Assembly (NCBI RefSeq): GCF_009834535.1 | Contig: NC_045697.1 | Location: forward strand, 93,932,001-93,996,000 | Origin: Camelus ferus | Lineage: Eukaryota | DNA length: 64,000 nucleotides | Direction of reading: 5' to 3' | In this document: in pieces, positions 38,911-51,836 of the stretch | Numbering within the stretch: position 1 is the first letter of the stretch | Layout of the letters: each line of letters begins with the position of its first letter | Made by a program: the position numbers and the translations under genes | The notes under the pieces: generated by a model | The model's database searches: none | What the model was told of the DNA's origin: nothing | The model's input: the letters and a program-made list of their open reading frames with translations, nothing else

Positions 38911-41279
38911 CATATGTATTATATGTAATGAATAACTTTAAAGAAATAAAATGCTTTCTTAAAGAACAAAAATACCTAACTGGAGTTTGTATCTATAATA
39001 CAGAAATTTAGAGAAACAAAATTGTTACCGTTTTTTAAGATTTTATTTTACAAGGACTGTCACCTACACATACATATTTTTTCACTAATGAGATCGCAAG
39101 GTAAGCATTAAAACCCTCAAAGGGAAATCAGGATTAAAAGATGTTCTAAGGTCATTATAAAAGGCAATTCATATCCTAGTACCGATGATCTTAAGCCCAC
39201 CAAGGGCTTCATCTTCTACACCAGGGTCAACAAAGCTCAAAGACTGTTTAATTCTATCCTAATGGTAAGGGGAAAATTGAAAAGTGGGAGTACTTTCCTG
39301 AAAATCTGATTCTATTTGTCCATGGGGGTGTGTGTGTGCACCTTTCATGTGCAGTCAAATACTAGTATTCTGTGCAGACAGAGCAGATATTTGATGGGGT
39401 TTCACACACAAAAAGATGATTTGAAGTAATACATTTTTTCATCGAAAAGCTGTTGAAATGCTTTTTCTGAAAAAGCTTTTTCTAGAAACTATACTTGCTT
39501 TGGGCTGCAAGTCCAGTTTCTGCATCAGAGAATATACAACAAACATATAATAAGGCAAGATAGTGTACTGAGAATTATAGGAAATGACTAAGTCAGTACC
39601 ATAAAAAGAATACAATTTCTTTGGATGAGATGTTAGGAGAAATAACTATGAACTGGGTTATCTCCAGCACTAAAAAGAAAAATTCCAGCGTATGGTTGGT
39701 ACTCAATAAATATTTTTAAAGAATAAAAAGACAAAGATTTTAAGAGTATCGGTTAGAAAATGTGCTGGAAAAAATTTTTAATTGAAATGGAAAACAAAAG
39801 GTAATAAAATTCAATAGACTCAGTTCCCATATAATATGTATAGGAACCATTTCCTGGAACACTTTATTTTTGTTCCTTTCTCCCTTCATAGATTAGGCAA
39901 TATATATCTACATCGTATTGAGATTATCAAGTGCTTTTCAAAATGCTTCATTAGTCAGTGAGATGTATTAGTCATTTCAATTTTATTTATAAACTTAAAA
40001 TTCTATGCTATCTAAGCAGGCTACCTTAACTTTGTGAATTATGTGCTATTATTTCACTTATAATAATGCATAAGACTTTTTCAATGATTTAGTAAAGACA
40101 GTATTTTCCAAGGGAAAAAGGGACAATAGAGAGGATTGGTTATAACCTGCCATCATCATCACCAGTCACTCACAGATGCATATGTTGTGGGCTTATTTGC
40201 ACATGATGCTTTGCCAGGTGCTTCTTCAAACACCTTATTTAGTGAATAAATCAGCAGATAGATGATAGCAGTCTTCCCGAAAACAATCCAACTTAAAAAC
40301 AATATTGAAATATATGGTTATGCAAGAAAACACTTGCCTTAAAAATTCAGGATATTATGGGAATTCAATGTAGACATTCAAGATTAAGTACAATATAAAA
40401 GCATGCACTATACTTTGAGAGCGATACTTATCGGAGAGCTCTTACTCTCCTAAAATCCTTTTGCATTTACTAGAAACAAATTAGACCGAAAAGTAACTTT
40501 TTTTCCCCCAAAATATTCCATTCATTGAATTTTTATTTATACAGAGCTTTGAATCTGGTAAGAGTTAAATGCAAATCGTTCAAGTAGCATGTCCTTTTGC
40601 AAAGCTCTAGGATTTAGTTTCAATTTTTCCTCAAACAAGCCTCTTCCTTTGCTATCTCAGTTTTCCTTTTCAGTATGTCAAATAGAAAATCGCAAAATAG
40701 AAAGAAAATAGCATGGATTTTTCATGGCACTAAATACCAGCCCCAATTCTATTTTCCCTAGTCTTAAGGGGAAGAAAAGTATCTGAGAGGACAGAACTTT
40801 CCCCCTTCTTACCATATAATACTTTTGACTCATCAGCCATAAGTCAGGCCCAGACCTGTTTAAAATGCGTGTCTTATTTTCTTACCTAAGTTCTGTTCTT
40901 ATTCATATTTCATAGCTTCATTATTTTTCTGAGAATTGCACAAAACTAAAGAATTGAAAAACAAGCCCTATCAACTCTGTTTATTATTGGTACAAATTTT
41001 TACTCTATAAATACCAATTACTTAAAATTATGACACACATTTTCTAAACAGGTGTCAAACTGATAGAGTGTGCCACCAAAGTATTCGAATGCAATAATCT
41101 TCTACAGCAAGGAAGCCACTTTCTTTTCTTTGTGATTTTCCAACTGTTCACTGACTACAAACGTTGGAAAGCTGACATTCCTGTATCCCCCGTTTCCAGG
41201 GTCACCAGCACACACATAAGGCAAATACAGTGGCTCCACCCTTATTTATATAAGAAGTTTTTTTAAATGTTGTCTCTGG

Positions 41280-41545
41280 TTATCAGTATAGTGAGCATGG
41301 CATTGTCCTTAACCAGTAAAATTGGTTTCTCCTCTTTCTTCCCTACCAGGAAATCACTCCCACCATCTGAGCTTTTTGTACAGAGAGATGGAGCAGGAAG
41401 AGGAACGATTTTCTCTCTCTCTGGTGAAAAAAAGAACAGCGTGAGTGAGAAGAAGACCTTCCTCCTCCTCCCTGTTTGCTTTGAACGTTCATTCAGCAAA
41501 GAGAAACATAACGGTTGGAGTTGCTGCACCATCTTGTGACCATTT
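41280..41545 (-). mobile_element. Possible ancient MaLR LTR fragment (MLT1K/L-like)
   Basis: Reverse complement contains 'tggtcacaagatggtgcagcaactcc', a motif typical of MLT1J/K/L; element orientation uncertain. Confidence 0.35.
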
Positions 41546-44500
41546 GGGATGTGAAGTCATCTAAAATTTGAAATATACATATAAAGCATACAGAAAAAAA
41601 CAACCTAATACATAAGTTCATAAGCTAATGAGTTTTCAAATAAAATATGAAGTAATTAAGGCAAATGCTAAATTTTATCTTTTTCCCCTAGAATTAGTGA
41701 TACATGCACTCTGTAAAAATTATTTCCATAAATCCAAGTAAGAGAATTATTTCAACCAAAGTATAACTTGGGCACTAAGACTCCATTTCCTTGTGTATTA
41801 CACAGATACCCACAGAAAATCATGATTCCCACAACTTAAGTAATAAGTCACCTACTTTATAAATTTCATGGACGTGGTTTTCTTTTTGTGCTGTGGTGTA
41901 AACATCTCTATATAACTTAGAATAAAACTTTTTCTCCAAAAGCCTGTGCTAGAATTAATTACTTTTGACAGCAACTATATAGCATCTTACAATCAGAAAT
42001 GAATTAAGGGTTGGCTAAAACTGTGACATTAATTTCATCAATTTTATATCACTCAATGTTAATTCCATATCACTTTCTGAAATACTCCCTTGCTTTCTAT
42101 GTATGTCTGACGACATCCTAATGAAACTTAGATAACTTCAGGAATAGAAAACTTCCTTATTCTCTGCTCCCACCACCGCATCTTCTAAAGTGCAGAATCT
42201 AAAACAAATCTAAACAACTATTGAAACATTTTGCTATGCAATTTAAATTAATTATTTAACCAAAATGAATAGATTGTATATCTGCCAAAATCTTTAAATT
42301 GCAATAACATAATCATACAATTATTTATATTTATATTTATAAAGTTTTCTCCAAATGTTCCTTATTACCGAAGAACACTGAAAAGAGGAAATCCATTACC
42401 AAGCTTACTGTTATTACTATTTTAGGAAATAGTTACAATGCAAACACTCAATATGTTCCTTTCCTTTCCTTATCTTTCTTATGACCATTTTCAAATTACA
42501 AGAAAGTTGCCATAGTGAGCAGGGTTAACTTGTTTAAATATACTAAGCTCTATCACATGCATTTTAAAAGGCAAACTCATTTCACTGTGTTGAGAGATCA
42601 GTCTGATCTCTGATCTCCCTAAGACATTTGGACAGATGATTATAGCTGTTCAGTCAATGCATGAGTCACATCACTGCCAAGACTTCCTCCCTCCAGTCAT
42701 GGATTAGTGACCTCTGGGCAGCTGCCTATGTAAGAACGAAAAGATGCATGTGTCTCTGTCTGAAATCCTCTGTAGTTGTTCTAATTGACTGCAGTGATAT
42801 CTACTGGTGACAGTGGGGAGAGCTGACAGCTGCAGGCCCTCTTGTTGCAGCCAAAAAGCCACTCTTACGGAGATCTTAGAGGAGTATATTAAGTACTTTC
42901 ACTAGCTCAGCTGGTGAAGTTACTTTAGCTCACTTGGCATGAGCACTGGCCTGAGAATAGTAAATCAGCTCTTAAAAGTATCTTCTTGTCATCTGAATTG
43001 TAAATGTTCAGTGAGCTAATACTAATCCTCTTTTATAAATAGAACTGACCCTTTAGTGCTATAGTGTCATCGAGAAACATTTTCTCTCATTTTGCTAACT
43101 TTTCTTTTCCTTTGCTTAACCCCACCTGCCCGTCTACACACAGTAAGCGGAAATCTTAGAACAGCTCAAGATTAGATATCATATAAGAGGACCACAGGTG
43201 AACAATCCAATACTTTAGTGTGCCGGGCTTCCACAGTAAAATGCAGGCAAGAGCTAAACTTTACATTGTTTGTCAAGAAGAGTAGGGAAAAAAATATCCA
43301 CTGACAGAAAACTTAGAGCAAATGAAACATACTGGTAGGTAACTCACAAAGTGCTACCATTTTTAAGTGACATATACTGTCAAACTTTCCCCCAAATTAT
43401 CTGAAGCTGTTCATGAAGCTCTAGCTTAGATGCATTAAGGATATAACAGAAGTTCATTATTTTTAATATACTATAATTCATCACTGGGAATAAACTGTTC
43501 CACCCAATTAGAATGATTCAGCCCTGCTTCAGGCTTAATCGAATCTACGTTTACGCATTTCCATTATGTAACAATACATAACATACTCCTCCATACACAA
43601 TCACAAACATTGACAAAATATATGAAGACTCTGAAGTCCTGCTTTTAATAGGCAATTACTAGAGGCACAAAACTTCAAGTTTTCCAGCAAAGAAAGGGTG
43701 TAATTAACAGAGAAGCTAACTGAATTTTTTCTTGCTTGAAATATTTGACAGAATGGGCTGTGTTTTATTGCCTTTTACAGACCCAGTGCCTTGAACACAG
43801 AACAGCAGAAACAGTAGATGCTTAATAATTCACTGCCAAATTTAAAAAAATGAATAAATGATGTTTATAAGTAACAACATATTCTGGCCATTTCTGAACT
43901 TAATTGGAGAGTAAAATTGACAAAATCAAATCTGTATGGTGCAGTGAAATCTACAAAAGATGAAATAATTTATCTATCCTTCCCAAGATGCCTTTATAAA
44001 TAAATTTAATTGCTTGTTTTATCTAATTAGAAAATCTCTAAATATCCCAAAGATTATTAAGTTTCTCTCATTCATCATATTTTAATATTATCAAAGTGTT
44101 ATAAATTACATGGTTTAAGTATTTTACTAACATAGTTCTGTTTAGGATAAGTAATATTTTCTCATTAAAACCTTCTTTGTTATTTTTCCCAAAAACTGTG
44201 AATCCCATTTTTCAGATATAGATCTTGTTTTCTGGCTTAATTTCAAATTAATATGCTTATAATACTTTCTCTCTATAGGAAAATCAGAGTAAGTCACTTC
44301 TGCACTGAAACAGGTTTACAAAAGGATAAATCAAATCCCTTACAGCCTGTAATTATATACAGTATCACCATGAGGAGTAAGCTGGACTTTAAACTGGGTT
44401 TTGATTTTGTCTTCCCAAAACCAGTATCACAAAGGTTTCCAGTATGGCTCATTTTTAAACATGTTCATTTAAAATATTCTCAATACTGCTTCCTTGACAA

Positions 44501-45124
44501 TGTTTATTTACTTTGCCAAGCTCAAGTGACCTCAGGAACACCTTCCCTTGCAGATGCTAAAGATCACAAACAGTATGAATAGGATAAAAATAAGAAATAG
44601 TGGCTGCAAGACAGAGAAGGCAGCTTGGTCTGCTCCCGGAAGCACAAATTCCCTCACATACCAAGATGCCATCTATGTGTCTTAGGCCACTCACGATGAA
44701 AACGCAAACAAGAAATGTCTATGGATCATACTGAGACATGTTTCATAATTATTTGGTGGGGGCTCCAGACCTGCTGAATTGCTTAATTGCTCAAATTTAA
44801 CTCTCCAGAATTATTTCTTATTATATTGGCTTATAATGACAGCAAAATAGAAATTAAAATGTAGAAAAGCATTCAGGCCGTAAACTGAATAAACCTCAAA
44901 GGAATAATATGTACAGACCACTTGTGTGCTTTTTAGAATCCTGGCTGCAGCCTGGGTCTCATCTCTCCTACTATGTGTGCTTAGTGTCATATTAATAATA
45001 GAATTTCACAACTGAAAGTTTATATGAAAAGTTTGTTAACTCTACAGTTCCTGCCAATTTATAATTCATTTTCTGATATCATAATTATCTGTAGTTAATC
45101 AAAACACATGCATTATTTTTCTAA

Positions 45125-45260
45125 AAGGTGGCATGGTGTATCGACTATAATTTACGTTTTGTTATCAGAGAGTCCGAGCTTGAACCTAGGGTTCTCTTAG
45201 TTACTCTGTGCAATTACTAAATCCTCTGAATCTGTTACCCACCTACAGATATAGATAATC
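45125..45260 (+). mobile_element. MIR SINE (5' part and core)
   Basis: 'ggcatggtgtatcg...atcagagag...gcttgaacctagg...caattactaaatcctctgaatctgttacccacctaca'. Confidence 0.55.
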
Positions 45261-47833
45261 TCTTTAATTGAGCATTGGTACAGTATCTTTAATTGAACAT
45301 CTGTAAAATTCCTTCAGTTGAACATTTCTATATATTTATGTTAATAATAAATGCATTAAATTAATAACAATAATAATAAAGTTGTGATTATTTCATGACA
45401 AGACATGTTTGGGACTTGATAAAGAAAATCAGTGCTAATGTTGAGGTCTACAGGGTATTTCATCAATCTTTCATTCCGTCATTTAGGAAAGTTATAACTG
45501 AAGATGGCATCAAAAAAATTACGTTGTCAAATGTGCACAACCTAAGAAACTCATCCTTCCACCAATCCACAATAACACACAAAACTCTGGGATACAAACT
45601 GTTTGCAATTATAAATTTTCAATATGGATTGCCAAGGAGGTGTGTCACACAATTCTTTTGGAAAAATAATTTGCAAAGCGTCACTATTTACCTTTTTTCT
45701 GCAGGAGGTGGAAAGCATGGGTTTCGTAGTAAACCAAGAACACACTATGTTTCTCACTTTTAAATTTTTAGTGTGAATTGACTAATAGAAAAGCCTGAAG
45801 AAGTCCTGCGATAAAAATGTATTTGATCATAAGCACTTGAGTGGTACAGCTACAGAAATGCTGCTTTATAGACATCAAAGAAACAGAAACACAAGATTAA
45901 GAAAAATGGTGGAAACAAAGTCTCTTATAGGATTAACCGATATCTAAAAAAACTCAAGTTATTTCAAGAAAAATATATAAGCTTATTTGACTGAGTTCCA
46001 ACTCTCATACTTACATCAAAATGATTATTTTGGCTCAAATAGATAAAAATCACAAGTAATCACATCAATGACTATACTGAACAGATATCTGAACAACATA
46101 ATGAAGCATAATTTCAAGTTATGAAGAACCAAAGATTGTAAAAATTTAAAACAGGACATGTTTGCATACATTAGCCCATATGTCATGAATCCACTTTTAA
46201 AGGGCTCTGCAAATTGGCATCTGCAATCCAAGTATTGTTTACGGTAGTCCTTATGTTCTGTGTCGTATACAGTAGTTTCTTCTGTTACATCAGTAGAGAA
46301 AATATCATACACTGAGACTACAGTTACCTTTGAACATGAAAAACAATTAATGGGAAAGACAGGACATCTGGCAGGGGGACAACCCCAACCTAAGAAGATA
46401 AGGAAAAGCAGCAAGATGACCTTAAGAGGGAAGCAGGTAAGCTTACCACTACTTTACAGTGCTAAACCTCACGGAAGCCAGCAAAACAGTTTGTTACCCA
46501 CAACACAACAAACAGCAGGAACATGAGTATGGTAATGCAGGCTTTTCTGAGCCAGAGTCCCAAGGGGAGGGAAGACCAAGATAGAGAGCCTCTCTACACC
46601 AGAGGGGTTGGGCCACAGCAGAGGAGCCAGGTTCAAGGGCTCAGCACTTTTTGTCACAAGCAGCACAAAAGCCAGTCTGTGCCCGAGGTGGGGCGGGGAG
46701 TTGCCTAGTAGTCACACATGGTTTCCTTGACCTTTAAGTGTCTGTGTGATGAGCTAGCAAAATTTCTCATTATCAGGAGATACTTGAAAATTGTTTGATA
46801 CACCAGCAAGGATGTACAAGGACACCACTCAGGAACCACGGAGGACTGCTCTCTTAATAAAAGCAATGTCTGAATCAAAGTAATACAAAGAAATTAGATT
46901 CTGTAACACATTTGCTGCAATTAAAAAAAAATGGTTAGTGTGATAGTTGGTAACCATATCAGATTAACTGTTAGCTATAGCTTTAACTTAATTTTTTTTT
47001 CACCCATCGAAGTAGAATGTTTTTAATTTATTTTTCAATTTTTGGATTTTAGGGCAGTGATCTACCTGTTTAGATATGACCTAATTTACAGACTAAATTA
47101 GAAACTATAAACATTCTTTCATCATAACCCTTTATTTAATATTTACATAATGATGCATCACTATAAGAATTCTGTAAAAGGAAGCTCTCTATCTCAGCCT
47201 CAATTCAGGTAAGTTTAGGTGAAAGTTGGGTTATGGCCCAATTATTTCCCAGATGGTAGGGTAAGTCAAGCTATTATAAACTGAAGTTTTATTATCTACT
47301 GGCAAAATGTTATAAATGTCATACTATAAAAGGTCTGATTTTATGAAAATGCTAATCATGATATCCAACATTAAATTAAATAGCCTTTGCAAACATTTAT
47401 GTACCAAAAGAAAGACAAACAACATTTGAGGGTTTTTATTCCATTATATCATGAATGTCCCTTTAGTATTCAGTCTGGCGAAGGATACATACATCTGCGT
47501 AAGTACCTTACGTGCGTACTACAGAGTGCTAAGAGACCGAAGAGGAGACCACTTCAGCAACAGCCTGTGGTTGTTATGGGGATAGCCTTGAAGTCATCCT
47601 TGGATATGGTGTGACAGCAGCACCTTGTAGAAGGAAGCATTAACTAAGTGGACAAAGGAAAGGACACTCCAAAGCAGAAGTCCCATCTGAGAAATAAACA
47701 GTGTCAAAGTAGCTGAAACGTAGCACAGAAGAGTGGGAAAGTTGAAATCTTTGGTCAGGTCCATGTCATAAAACGCCCAGTAAGTCACTGTGTTCTGGCT
47801 TAAAGCCTCTATCCATAAAGTCATGTGAACCAC

Positions 47834-47858
47834 AAAAAAAAAAAAAAAAAAAAAAAAA
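47834..47858. repeat. A25 homopolymer
   Basis: Direct inspection. Confidence 0.95.
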
Positions 47859-47967
47859 GAGGAATGATATCCCATAATACATTTTTTTGAAACAACATTT
47901 TTTATTCAGTGGGAAAAGGGATTTAAGGAACACCTTAAATCAGTCAATTTAGAAAGGAAATAGTGGA

Positions 47968-48085
47968 GTTTACCACCATCCCCTGAATGCACTCGATCTT
48001 GTCTTATCTTGGAAGCTAAGCAGGGTTGGGCCTGGTTAGGACTTGAATGGGAGACTGCCTCGGAATACAGGGAGCTGTAGGCTTT
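47968..48085 (+). pseudogene. 5S rRNA retropseudogene
   Basis: Near full-length match to vertebrate 5S rRNA (…ctgaatgcactcgatcttgtcttatcttggaagctaagcagggttgggcctggttaggacttgaatgggagactgcctcggaatacagggagctgtaggcttt), with many CpG-type substitutions; A-rich tail 48086-48098; TSD gaaatagtgga 47957-47967 / 48099-48109. Confidence 0.95.
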
Positions 48086-48341
48086 AAGGGAAAAAAAAGA
48101 AATAGTGGAAATCACTCAAATGATAAATGATACAAAGGCTAGAAATTAGGAGGTAGCATTCAGATGAAGAAATAGCAGTGGACACCTGAATAGGTGGCAT
48201 CATGAAATTCTCGGTGGTCAGTCAACTGTGTTTGGTGAGGAATAAACAGGAGTTCAGGAAGACTACGAACTTCAATACGGGTGGTCAAAAGTATGATCAA
48301 CATGAATGGGCAATTTAGGAAAAGGATCATGTCAAAGACAT

Positions 48342-48770
48342 TATGGTAGACTGAATTAAATGCTCCCAGCGGATCACTCTTTCTCTCTGTAAGAAGGTCA
48401 TGCATTTCTACTCACTATTATATCACCTGTCCTGGGGAAGGAATCTTAAGACCAATTGTATTGACTGTGAGTATAGTCACATGACAAGTTTTGATCAAGG
48501 AAACGTGAACTGGACATGATTTTACTATGATCTCATCCGTGCATATTTTAAATACTACTGTGAAACGTGGTTTAAGGTCTTGCATTACTACCTTCTGCAA
48601 TGAGAACACTCAGACAGTGATCCCAGAATTAGAAGACATGGAGACTCCAGTCAAGCTTAACAGACACAATCGATGTATGCCCTTCATGTCATGTAAACAA
48701 GAGATGTTAGTGATTGTAATCGAATGTGAAAAGGGAGTAGTTTGTTATCACAATAAAATCTAACAAACAA
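48342..48770 (+). mobile_element. MaLR LTR (MLT1J-like)
   Basis: Start 'tatggtagactgaatta', 'tagtcacatgacaagttttgatcaaggaaacgtga', end 'gtagtttgttatcacaataaaatcta'. Confidence 0.6.
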
Positions 48771-50984
48771 ATGTGTTTGGTTCAGTTTAACATGTCAGGT
48801 CTGAGTTATTTATTGAGAAATTGAAAGAAAATATCCAATGGGAAGTCAGCTGGGTACAGAAGGTACAGAAATATTAAGAGGCAAAGGATGAAGATCACAA
48901 AAGAAAAATGTACCTCTCAAACCGTTCTGTCAATAGTAAAGAGGATTATTAAATAAGTGCCTTTTTCTTGACACTACATTAAGAAGTCATCTGCCACACA
49001 TCTGTCTGAAGAAGAGGGTGTGAGAGTACAGGGCTAAATTTCAGTTCCCAAAGTGAAAAACTTTTTTGGCTCCAAGAAAAGCTAACGCAGGAAAGCATGT
49101 AATTGAGATGATGACTAGACTTGCACTCAGTGAATGAGCCTCATACAATAATGACTCTTGGAAATTCTACTTTACATCATTATACCTACAATTTCTCTAG
49201 AATTATTAGTACCTTGGGATTTTTTTTTTTTTAACTTGGAAGAGTAATCCAAAGTGCCATCAGAAAAGTAGTTGACTCAGTTTTATTCATGACATAAAGT
49301 GTTAAGATGTCTGGCTCTAAGACATTCTGACTTTCATTTGATTTCAATCTATTGCAGTCTTAAGCATGAGGTGGGTGATAGCAGCCCTCTGAAACTTTTC
49401 TGTGTGAGTTCACAACTTTAAAGTGTTCCAGTATCTTCTTATTAAGCAAGTTAAGCTCTTATTCTATCAGTAATGTGGATTAATTTTATCTTTTACCCAC
49501 CCTCTGACCTTCCAGGATTACTTCAGCTGTAAGAGAATGAACCATTTACGGAATGATAACCTTGCCAGAAGCATAGTTCATCTCAGTTCCTGGGTCATTT
49601 ATGCAAACTATTTTCTTCCACTGTAAATATCCAAGTTAACAGGCAATTTCTAGAGGGTGCATGGCCTGTCTTTTTTATAGAAGTCACAAGTATGTCTGAA
49701 CATATTTTACTTACCCCCTAACACTTAAGGAATCAAAAATTGAAAACAAAAAGGCTTCAAGGGTTTGTTATTCATTAGCACATTCAGAAAAGAATAATGT
49801 CTTCTTTATTTCTGTATCTTCAATGTCTAGCCAGGACAAGGCACATGATAAGCATTAAAGAAAAGACTGAAGAATGCCTTTCTCAGACAATGCAGTTCAG
49901 TAATGTATGCAAGGATGTATAATTGCACGTGAGAAGTGCTTGAGGATACATGGCAAAGATCAGATTTGCCAGTGCTACTAATGAGCTGATTAATAAAAAT
50001 AAGTTTGAGACAGAGACATATAACTTGAGATGTAGACAAGTTTTGAGTCCGAAACTAGATATCCAACCAGGGATTTTTGCAAGCGTGTGTTCAAGCTTTA
50101 CAAGCTAAACAGTGCTGTGCAGAAAACCAAGTTATCCTAGAGAGATGAGGCAGGGTACTGCTTACACAGCATGCACTGAAGGTCAACTTTCAGAAATCCA
50201 AACTAAAAAGTAAATCACCAAGAGAAGATTCCAACTGTGCAGCATGGGTCTGATTTTGATATTTGATCTGTGTTTTAAGTATACAGGTGAAAAATAATTA
50301 GGTAGGAATGTCTCAAGATTAAGAATGACGGGCAGAATCAAACAAGAGAATAGGATTCTTGCATTGTAGTGGTCTTTCTATATATACCATCAAATGTCTG
50401 CTCCACAGAACAAGGTGTGTTTCAGTAAACACTACTCATAATGGAAGAGGAACACACTTTCTGGAGAGATCTCAAAAGTCTTCCAGTTGGATTTTAGGGG
50501 AGAAATACCTCTGCAGTTTATTTTCTCTTGTAACTGTTCTGTTTAAGAATATATGAATAGTGTGTGCCTGGATAGTTTATATGGTTACTAAATAGGCCAA
50601 TATTTTTTAAATGAATTTTAACTTTTAAATTTAATTAAAGCACTAAGCTTTAGACTTAATTTGTCATAGCCATTTTATGGAAATGGATATTATAATTAAT
50701 AAATATGTACAATCTGCATAAATGTAAATGTACCTCCATTTTACCACCAAAGATTCCACATTTTGTCTTCACCTTGAAGGTGATAAGTAATAAAATTTGC
50801 AGAGATGGGAAAAAAAGAAGAATGCAGTAGAGTAGAAAAATACCTTTATAGAATAAAGAATTCTGCAGATCTCTGTATATCTTGGAACATCAAAAACTAA
50901 CTATGACTCTAGATGAAAGAGGAAGAAAGCTAAGTTAATTGACATATTGTTAATTATGTCATATATGATACTTTGTGATCATAG

Positions 50985-51352
50985 GAATTCTTTTAAAAAG
51001 AAACTAATATTTCCAAACAATTTAACTGCAGTTCAGAATGCTCAAGGAAATTGTGCAGAATCACATAGCTAGAAAGCGAAAAGAGTTTTGATATAAACCT
51101 ACCTCTCTCTTACTATTTTATTCATGCAGCAAGCATTTATTAATAATCTAAAGTAAGGCCGGGAACTGCTCTAGGTAAATACAGATCCAATAAACTTTGA
51201 AGTTTCCTGTTTTATTTTCTTAGGTAAATCATTTAACCTTTTTGATTGTCAGTCTCTCCATCCATGAGTGCAGATAATTCTATCTCCCACAAGAAGTTAA
51301 ATGATATACATGAAATTGTTTTATAAATTATAAAGTGCTATTCAAATATTAG
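50985..51352. mobile_element. MIR (-), L2 tail (-) and MIR (+) fragments
   Basis: 'gtgcagaatcacatagctagaaag', 'ttcatgcagcaagcatttatt' and 'ggtaaatcatttaacctt...gttaaatgatatacatgaa'. Confidence 0.55.
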
Positions 51353-51467
51353 TTTAAAGTAAATAATTGGTTTCATGTTTTTATATTAGCATAGGCAAAT
51401 ATTTGTACCCACTGTGGCCAGGATACAGAATAGAATTTAGGGAAAGCATTAAACAATTGCATCTGAT

Positions 51468-51836
51468 TGTCCGTGTCCATTGGGCTGCTATAACAAAATA
51501 CTACAGATTGGGTGACCTATAAATAACAAAAATTGATTTCTCACAGTTCTGGAGGCTGGGAGGTCCAAGATCAAAATGCTGGCAGATACAGTGTCTGGTG
51601 AGAGAGCCTGTTTTCATATTCAGAGTCAGCAATTTTTTTGCTGTGTCCTCACATGACAAAAGGGACTAGAAAACCTCTGTGTGGTCCCTTTTGTAAGGGC
51701 AGGCATTAATCTCAATCATGGAGGCTCCACCCTTATGACCCAATCACCTTCCAAAGGCCCCACCTCCTAATATTACTTTGGGTAATGGGTTTTGAACATG
51801 AATTTGGGGAGGACACAAAACATTTAAACCACAACA
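51468..51836 (-). mobile_element. MaLR LTR (MLT1A-like)
   Basis: 'tccattgggctgctataacaaaatac...tctcacagttctggaggctgggaggtccaagatcaa...ccaaaggccccacctcctaata...aacatgaatttgggga'. Confidence 0.9.

Noticed and set aside
45261..45335. Repeat-spacer-like pattern suggesting CRISPR
   Set aside because: Eukaryotic context, only 3 degenerate 15-nt units with 10-nt linkers, no cas genes
45395..45763. 122-aa + strand ORF in unique sequence
   Set aside because: No recognisable homology and no convincing exon boundaries; length compatible with chance in 64 kb
46025..46414. 129-aa minus ORF with a possible 112-nt exon at 46170-46281 (EETTVYDTEHKDYRKQYLDCRCQF...)
   Set aside because: Weak donor (AT|GTATGC), interrupted polypyrimidine tract and unrecognised peptide; not supportable without a search
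46330..46740. GC-richer segment that might be a promoter
   Set aside because: Few CpGs, so not a CpG island; more likely an ancient LTR remnant, but I could not assign the family
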